The translations under genes were made by a program, and so were the position numbers. Positions 56,496 through 64,000 of a stretch of 64,000 nt of DNA are shown here, piece by piece. Origin of the DNA: Bacteroidota bacterium (lineage in GTDB: Bacteria; Bacteroidota; Bacteroidia; Flavobacteriales; BACL11); the NCBI GenBank assembly GCA_036339955.1, contig JAYYZX010000025.1:433-64432 (forward strand). The letters run 5' to 3'. How positions within the stretch are numbered: position 1 is the stretch's first letter; every line of letters begins with the position of its first letter. The notes below the pieces were generated by a model. The model was not told where the DNA came from and ran no database searches. It saw only the letters and a program-made list of their open reading frames with translations.

Positions 56496-57680
56496 ATGGA
56501 TACAAAACAGGCAAAACATAAATTTGGTATTATTGGTAATAATTTTGAATTAAACCGAGCAATTCAAGTAGCTCTTCAAGTTGCCCCTACAGATATTTCT
56601 GTGCTAATAAACGGAGAAAGTGGTACTGGGAAAGAAAATATCCCAAAAATAATACATCAAAATAGTAAGAGGAAACATAATCCATATGTAGCCATTAATT
56701 GTGGAGCAATACCAGAAGGGACTATTGACAGTGAGCTGTTCGGTCATGAGAAAGGTTCGTTTACAGGAGCTCATGATCACAGAAAAGGGTATTTTGAAAC
56801 TGCCAATGGAGGTACAATATTTCTTGATGAAGTTGCTGAACTCCCTTTGTCAACTCAAGTTAGATTGCTAAGAGTTTTAGAAACTGGTGAATTTATCAAA
56901 GTCGGCTCTTCTAAGACACAAAAAACCGATATTAGAGTTGTAGCAGCAACAAATGTTAATATAAATATAGCTGTTAGAAATAATAAATTTAGAGAAGACC
57001 TGTATTACCGTCTTAATACAATTAATATACAATTACCTCCACTCAGAAAAAGAAAAGAAGATATATTAATGCTATTTAGAAAATTTGCAACTGATTTCTC
57101 AGAAAAATACAAAACAACTCCATTACATATTGAAAGTGCAGCAAGTAAAGTATTAGAAGAATATTCTTGGCCAGGTAATATAAGGCAACTGAAAAATTTT
57201 GTTGCTCAACTTTGTATAATTGAGAAACAGAGAATAATATCTGAAGAAACATTAAAAAATGTTTTACCAGTAGAGAAAAAAAATTCGCCAATGCTTATTG
57301 ATAAAGAAGAGAAATCAGAACTTTCAGAAAGAGAAATTCTTTACAAAGTATTATTTGATATGAAGAAAGATATTACTGAATTAAAAAAAATAACTTTTGA
57401 TTTAATAGAAAGGAATTCAGGGACAGATATTATAGATACTGATTCTTATCCTGTTTTAAAAGAAGTTCAGGACAATATAAGCTCTTCTATAATTAGCACT
57501 AATGAAAAGCAAAGAAAAAACCCATTAGAAATAGAAGAGTCGCTATCCTTATTTGAACAAGAAAAAAAACTGATTGAGAAAGCTTTGAAAAAATATAAAG
57601 GGAAAAGAAAATCTGCAGCAAAAGAATTAGGAATATCAGAAAGAACGCTATATAGAAAACTAAAAGAATTTGATATTTAA
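56496..57680 (+). CDS. Sigma-54-dependent transcriptional activator (AAA+ and Fis-type HTH; no N-terminal sensor/receiver domain)
   Basis: GESGTGKE Walker A, ELFGHEKGSFTGA (GAFTGA-type loop), GGTIFLDEV Walker B, RLLRVLETGEF, YRLN, and C-terminal AAKELGISERTLYRKLKEF. Confidence 0.9.
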   Translation: MDTKQAKHKFGIIGNNFELNRAIQVALQVAPTDISVLINGESGTGKENIPKIIHQNSKRKHNPYVAINCGAIPEGTIDSELFGHEKGSFTGAHDHRKGYFETANGGTIFLDEVAELPLSTQVRLLRVLETGEFIKVGSSKTQKTDIRVVAATNVNINIAVRNNKFREDLYYRLNTINIQLPPLRKRKEDILMLFRKFATDFSEKYKTTPLHIESAASKVLEEYSWPGNIRQLKNFVAQLCIIEKQRIISEETLKNVLPVEKKNSPMLIDKEEKSELSEREILYKVLFDMKKDITELKKITFDLIERNSGTDIIDTDSYPVLKEVQDNISSSIISTNEKQRKNPLEIEESLSLFEQEKKLIEKALKKYKGKRKSAAKELGISERTLYRKLKEFDI

Positions 57681-58212
57681 TATGTATGATGTCCTGAAAT
57701 ATTTTTTATTTTTTGTTACTGTAACGACTTCTGTAAATTGTACTATGTACTCTTTTACAGGAGCCTCAATTCCAGCAGAAGCAAAAACAATAAGTGTCCA
57801 GTATTTTTCAAACAAAGCTTTAACTGTACATCCAACATTAAGTTATACTTTTACCGAAAAATTAAAAGATTACTTTATCGAACAAACTTCATTGAAATTA
57901 ATTAAAAGTACAGGAGATTTAGAATTTAGTGGAGAAATAGTATCTTATCAAATCAAACCAATTGGGATCAAGGCTGATGAAACAGCAAGTAAAAACAGAT
58001 TAAATATCAAGGTGAAAGTAAGATTTACAAACCATTATGACAGTAATAAGAATTTTGAAGAACAATTTAATAGATATCGAGATTATGAAAGCAGTCTGAA
58101 TCTTTCTGATGAAGATATTGATACTGGAGAAAGCATAGAAGTCAATTTAATAAAAGAAATAGTAAATGAATTAGTAGAAGATGTTTTTAATAAAGCCGTA
58201 GTAAATTGGTAA
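57670..58212 (+). CDS. lptE: LptE-like lipoprotein
   Basis: Short hydrophobic leader ending ...TTSVNC followed by YSFTGASIP, as in flavobacterial LptE-family proteins. About 175 aa. The start (57670 or 57682) is uncertain. Confidence 0.55.
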   Translation: MIFNMYDVLKYFLFFVTVTTSVNCTMYSFTGASIPAEAKTISVQYFSNKALTVHPTLSYTFTEKLKDYFIEQTSLKLIKSTGDLEFSGEIVSYQIKPIGIKADETASKNRLNIKVKVRFTNHYDSNKNFEEQFNRYRDYESSLNLSDEDIDTGESIEVNLIKEIVNELVEDVFNKAVVNW

Positions 58213-58218
58213 AACACC

Positions 58219-58866
58219 ATGATAGAATCTTACATAACAAATACCAAGTTAATTAATAAAGATAGCATTCTAGATTTAGATCATATCGTAAATGAATATC
58301 CTTATTTTGCAACTACTCAATTGTTATTGACAAAAGGAATGAATAATATTGGTAGTAAAGCATATAATAATCAATTAAAGAAAGCAGCTGCATATGCTGG
58401 CAATAGAATAAAATTATTTAATCTTATTACAGAAAACATTGTTGATGATACAAATAGAATACAGAGCACGAAAGGAAAAGAAAAATTAGAAATTGGTAAG
58501 CCCCTAAATTTTACAACAGAAGAAAAATATTCATTTTCAGAGTGGTTACGTCTTACTAAGATAAAAAAGATTAACCGAGTAGAGAAAAGAGACTCTAATG
58601 AGAATTTAATAAATAAATTTATAACAGAAGGTTCTCTAAAAAACAATAATCCAAATACTCTTTTCTTCTCTCCTACTAAAAACGCAAGAGATAGCATAAA
58701 AGAGAATCATAATATAATTACTGAAACTTTAGCAAAAGTTTATCTTGAACAAGGGCATTATAATAAAGCTATTTCAGCATATGAGAAATTAATTTTGAAA
58801 TATCCAAAAAAAAATATTTTCTTTGCAAAGAAAATTAAACTAATAAATAAACTAAAAAAATTATAA
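58219..58866 (+). CDS. Hypothetical protein with a C-terminal TPR-like helix pair
   Basis: ETLAKVYLEQGHYNKAISAYEKLILKYPKK is TPR-like. Tightly packed between lptE-like and secG. Confidence 0.6.
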   Translation: MIESYITNTKLINKDSILDLDHIVNEYPYFATTQLLLTKGMNNIGSKAYNNQLKKAAAYAGNRIKLFNLITENIVDDTNRIQSTKGKEKLEIGKPLNFTTEEKYSFSEWLRLTKIKKINRVEKRDSNENLINKFITEGSLKNNNPNTLFFSPTKNARDSIKENHNIITETLAKVYLEQGHYNKAISAYEKLILKYPKKNIFFAKKIKLINKLKKL

Positions 58867-58870
58867 AACA

Positions 58871-59191
58871 GTGTATACGATATTTGCAATTCTTACGATA
58901 ATTACTTCAGTACTTTTAGTTCTAGTGGTTCTAGTACAAAACCCAAAAGGAGGGGGGCTCTCTTCTACATTTGGAGGAGGTGGAGGAAGCCAAATGATGG
59001 GAGTTAAAAAAACAACCGATTTTTTAGAAAAAGCTACCTGGACATTGGCAATAATATTAATAAGTCTAAGTTTATTATCAAATTTCGCAATTCCAAGAAA
59101 AGTTTCTGAGGAAGATGTAACAATAAAATCACAAGAACAAATTGAAGAGTCATTTATTCCGCAACAATTACCTGATAATCCTGTGGAATAA
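58871..59191 (+). CDS. secG: Preprotein translocase subunit SecG
   Basis: GTG start. Two TM helices flank VQNPKGGGLSSTFGGGGGSQMMG, the characteristic SecG Gly-rich loop. Confidence 0.8.
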   Translation: MYTIFAILTIITSVLLVLVVLVQNPKGGGLSSTFGGGGGSQMMGVKKTTDFLEKATWTLAIILISLSLLSNFAIPRKVSEEDVTIKSQEQIEESFIPQQLPDNPVE

Positions 59192-59257
59192 GACTAATTG
59201 TCAGGAAATTGTAAGATTTTAGATTGTTTTGACAGATATCATTAGCGAAAGCGATTA

Positions 59258-59273
59258 TGGCATATTAATTGCA
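59258..59273 (+). promoter_or_regulatory. Candidate sigma-54 (-24/-12) promoter upstream of groES
   Basis: TGGCATattaaTTGCA versus consensus TGGCAC-N5-TTGCW. The GG and GC spacing is exact. It lies 47 nt upstream of the groES ATG. Confidence 0.4.
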
Positions 59274-59319
59274 AAAAAGAAATATTGAAAAATAACATTA
59301 ACTATTTAAATTTAAAACT

Positions 59320-59601
59320 ATGGCAAAAGTAAATATAAAACCATTAGCAGATAGAGTTCTAGTAGAGCCTGCTTCTGCAGAAACAAAAACTGCTTCTGGG
59401 ATCATAATACCAGATACTGCACAAGAGAAACCACAAAAAGGTACAGTTACCGCAATTGGGAAAGGGACAAAAGAAAATCCTATAACAGTAAAACCAGGAG
59501 ATCTGATCTTATATGGAAAGTACTCTGGGAATGAGTTAAATTATAATGGTATCGATTACCTTATTATGAAAGAGGCTGATATTTTAGCAGTAATTGGATA
59601 A
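59320..59601 (+). CDS. groES: Co-chaperonin GroES
   Basis: [12 protein letters not shown]...[22 protein letters not shown]; 93 aa; directly upstream of groEL. Confidence 0.95.
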   Translation: MAKVNIKPLADRVLVEPASAETKTASGIIIPDTAQEKPQKGTVTAIGKGTKENPITVKPGDLILYGKYSGNELNYNGIDYLIMKEADILAVIG

Positions 59602-59628
59602 AATTCCAACTACAAAATCTATAATTAA

Positions 59629-61290
<1,662 letters not shown>

Positions 61291-61317
61291 ATCAAAAACA
61301 ATCTTTTCAAGTAATAT

Positions 61318-61346
61318 AAAAAAAGCCCATTAATGGGCTTTTTTTA
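61318..61346. terminator. Bidirectional rho-independent terminator between convergent groEL and ftsZ
   Basis: An A run, then AGCCCA-ttaa-TGGGCT, then a T run (stem 61324-61329 / 61334-61339). Confidence 0.75.
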
Positions 61347-61364
61347 TTATCATATATTCAATAT

Positions 61365-63086
61365 CTAATCTACATTATCATGTAAAAATGAATTGTTTGA
61401 TCGTAATTCAACTTTATTATTATCTCCCTCTGTCAAAGTGAGTTTTGAAATCTCTATTTCAGAAGAATGAGGAACATCTTTCAATTCAACATTATCTCGT
61501 TTATATGCTGGTTCATCTTCTAAATCTGACAGGCCTGATGGAGTTCTTAATTTTTTTGAAATAGATCTTAACCTATCTTCTCTTTCTCTTGCTTTTATCT
61601 TTAGATTATCGGGATTAATAAAAGCTTCTTGAGTATCTATTACCATATCTTCTTCTAAAAACTTCTGATTTTCCTCTTGAAGGGGAACTTGGCTATCTTT
61701 TTCTGCATCATTCACTGTAACCTCTTCATCTAAATTGTTATTTAAAATATTTGGCTCAATAAGTGTGTCAATAATTTCATTGTTGTGATTAACATCTTCA
61801 TTATGCTCTTGCAAATCATCTTCTTTTACTGAAGTGATAAAATCAGAAGGGGATGAAATGTTATCCTCAATATCCAAAACAACCTTAGTCGTTATTTCAT
61901 TATCTTTTTTAGTATCTGTATTTTTATTTTCATTCAATTCATGATCTTCAGTGTTACTTACATCATGTTCTTGATTGCTGTTTTCATTTTTTATATCAAA
62001 TATATCTTGCTGAATATTTTGAATATCTTCATTAACAACTTCCTCCATAAGGTTAATATCTTCTAATTCTTGGTCAGCAGCTAAATTGACTGTCACAGGA
62101 TCTTTAATTCTTTTTTGTTTAAATCCCGTTGCAATTACTGTAACACTAACAGAATCTGTTAATTCACTATCAATACCTACCCCTTCAATAATATTTACAT
62201 TATTACCTGCAGCCTCTTGAATCTTATTCTTTATTTTATCTAATTCTGACATCTTAATCTCATCATCACCACTCCCTGTAACAATTTTAAGTAATACCTG
62301 CTGTGCTCCTGAGATATCATTATCATTTAATAATGGAGAATCTAGTGCTCCAATAACAGCTTCAACAGCTCTATTTTCTCCTCTAGATTCTGCTTGACCC
62401 ATTACTGCTGTTCCACTATTTTCAAGAACTTTTCTTGCATCATTTAAATCAATATTAACTAATAAATGTTGTGAAATAACTTCTGCAATCCCTTTTGTTG
62501 CGGTATTTAATACTTCATTTGCTTTACCAAAAGCTTGACTAAGAGTTAAATCACCATATACCTCAATAAGTTTATCATTATTAATAATTAATAATGTGTC
62601 AACATATTTTCTTAGTTTTTCTAAACCTTCTTTTGCGTATTGTTTTCTATAGCCTCCTTCTGTAGAAAATGGATTTGTAACTACACCTACTGTTAAAATA
62701 CCTTTTTCTCTTGCAGCTTCTGCAATAACAGGTGCTGCACCAGTACCGGTACCACCTCCCATCCCAGCTGTAATAAATAACATTTTAGTATTAGAATCTA
62801 AAAGTTCTGATACTTTATCTATACTCTCTTGTGCTGCTTTTTCTCCTGTTTCAGGGTTTGAACCTGCCCCTAACCCTTCAGTTAAGTCTACACCTAATTG
62901 TATTTTTACTGGAACCGGACTAGCCTCTAAAGCCTGAGAATCAGTATTACAAACTACAAAATCTACTCCCTTAATACCATTTTCAAACATATAATTAACA
63001 GCATTACTACCTCCTCCTCCAACACCTAGAACCTTAATAACTGAAGATTGATTTTTTGGCATTTGAAATTCAAAATTTGTTTCCAT
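61365..63086 (-). CDS. ftsZ: Cell division protein FtsZ (long acidic C-terminal linker)
   Basis: IKVLGVGGGGSNAVN, GMGGGTGTGAAPVIA tubulin signature, and flavobacterial-type C-terminus ...NNSFLHDNVD. Confidence 0.95.
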   Translation of the reverse strand: METNFEFQMPKNQSSVIKVLGVGGGGSNAVNYMFENGIKGVDFVVCNTDSQALEASPVPVKIQLGVDLTEGLGAGSNPETGEKAAQESIDKVSELLDSNTKMLFITAGMGGGTGTGAAPVIAEAAREKGILTVGVVTNPFSTEGGYRKQYAKEGLEKLRKYVDTLLIINNDKLIEVYGDLTLSQAFGKANEVLNTATKGIAEVISQHLLVNIDLNDARKVLENSGTAVMGQAESRGENRAVEAVIGALDSPLLNDNDISGAQQVLLKIVTGSGDDEIKMSELDKIKNKIQEAAGNNVNIIEGVGIDSELTDSVSVTVIATGFKQKRIKDPVTVNLAADQELEDINLMEEVVNEDIQNIQQDIFDIKNENSNQEHDVSNTEDHELNENKNTDTKKDNEITTKVVLDIEDNISSPSDFITSVKEDDLQEHNEDVNHNNEIIDTLIEPNILNNNLDEEVTVNDAEKDSQVPLQEENQKFLEEDMVIDTQEAFINPDNLKIKAREREDRLRSISKKLRTPSGLSDLEDEPAYKRDNVELKDVPHSSEIEISKLTLTEGDNNKVELRSNNSFLHDNVD

Positions 63087-63118
63087 AATAATTATTATTT
63101 TTAATTGATTTATATGAT

Positions 63119-64000
63119 TTATTCTATGTCTTCTTCAAAGAAACCTTTAATTCCTTTGAAGATTTTTATTAACGATGTATCTTCATCACTTTGATGTACT
63201 ATTTCTTCTTCTAATACAGGGACTTGATAATTTTCTTTTTCAAAACCTTTTAATACAAGGCCAACTCCTGTTGAATACATGGGGCTTGTAACAATATCTC
63301 TACTCTCATTACCTAAATATTCATTAGGATATCCTATTCTACTTTCTTTACCACTAACATATGAAACTAATTGAGGTAAATTTCTAAGTTGAGAACCTCC
63401 TCCAGTAATAACAATTCCTGTCATTAATTTATTTTCATATCCTGAAACTTTAATTTCATGATATACTAAATCTATAATTTCTTTCATCCTAGCTCCAATA
63501 ATCTCTGCAAGATTTTTAACAGCAATTTCTTTAGGATCCCTTCCTCTTAAACCTGGAATTGAAACCATAACATTTTGTTGGTCATCTGTGTACATGGCAG
63601 ATCCAAATTTTACTTTTAAAAGTTCTGCTTGTTTTTCTAATATTGATAACCCAGATTTTATATCTTTAGTTATGACATTACCACCAAAAGGTATAACAGC
63701 AGTATGTCTAATAATATTATCTAGAAATATTGCGACATCTGTAGTTCCCCCTCCAATATCAACTAAAGCAACACCTTCACGCTTTTCATCACTATCAAGT
63801 GTTGCAACCGAAGATGCAAATGGCTCTAAAATCAAATCCTTTGTTATTAACCCCGCTTTCTCTACACAACGCATTATATTTTTAACCGCACTCATCTGAG
63901 CAGTTATAACATGAAAATTAGCTTCTAGCTTCACTCCAGCCATTCCTTTTGGGTCTTGTATACTGTCTTCTGCATCAACAGTATATTCCTGTGGAATAAC
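63119..64000 (-). CDS. ftsA: Cell division protein FtsA, C-terminal ~294 codons (N-terminus beyond window)
   Basis: The frame stays open to the window edge (my translation: VIPQEYTVDAEDSIQDPKGMAGVKLEANFHVI...). DIGGGTTDVAIF and ITGGGSQLRNL actin-fold motifs. Immediately upstream of ftsZ. Confidence 0.9.
   Translation of the reverse strand, partial: VIPQEYTVDAEDSIQDPKGMAGVKLEANFHVITAQMSAVKNIMRCVEKAGLITKDLILEPFASSVATLDSDEKREGVALVDIGGGTTDVAIFLDNIIRHTAVIPFGGNVITKDIKSGLSILEKQAELLKVKFGSAMYTDDQQNVMVSIPGLRGRDPKEIAVKNLAEIIGARMKEIIDLVYHEIKVSGYENKLMTGIVITGGGSQLRNLPQLVSYVSGKESRIGYPNEYLGNESRDIVTSPMYSTGVGLVLKGFEKENYQVPVLEEEIVHQSDEDTSLIKIFKGIKGFFEEDIE

Noticed and set aside
59192-59319. CIRCE/HrcA operator upstream of groES
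   Set aside because: I looked for TTAGCACTC-N9-GAGTGCTAA. Only a partial TTAGCG at 59242-59247 is present, with no inverted partner.

Overview
AT-rich chromosomal segment that looks like a Flavobacteriia (Bacteroidota) genome. The evidence is a porP/sprF-gldK-gldL-gldM-gldN type IX secretion (T9SS)/gliding operon, T9SS C-terminal sorting domains on cargo proteins, and an FtsZ ending in NNSFLHDNVD. All calls come from reading the translations by eye; no searches were run. There are four blocks. (1) 1-17.6 kb holds three giant Cys-rich modular surface proteins: one partial and two with type-A T9SS sorting tails. It also holds a small secreted Lys-rich protein and a signal-peptide/TPR-like/SPOR gene interrupted by one in-frame TAG. 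(2) 17.6-45.6 kb is an uninterrupted array of 26 genes, all on the minus strand, for surface glycan synthesis. It appears to be two Wzx/Wzy-type loci joined end to end. One is a fucose locus (gmd, fcl, GT11 fucosyltransferase, FkbM methyltransferase, WcaJ-like initiator). The other is a PglF/PglE/PglC-like amino-sugar locus with two UDP-sugar dehydrogenases, a eukaryote-type PAPS sulfotransferase and a fused tandem FemX-like protein. (3) 45.6-54.9 kb carries the T9SS core operon, an arginase-fold protein with degenerate metal ligands, and topA. (4) 55-64 kb is housekeeping: miaB, a sensor-less sigma-54 activator, lptE-like, secG, groES/groEL, ftsZ and partial ftsA. I saw no rRNA, tRNA, CRISPR array, transposase or integrase. 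The most interesting items are: unnamed repeat modules in the giant proteins (a 26-aa two-Cys unit, a 113-aa six-Cys unit, a Kazal-like module, and a GEVED-like domain nested in a SprB repeat); the sulfotransferase/FemX-like decoration genes; the split TPR-SPOR gene; a sigma-54-type promoter in front of groES; and the arginase-fold pseudoenzyme next to the T9SS operon.
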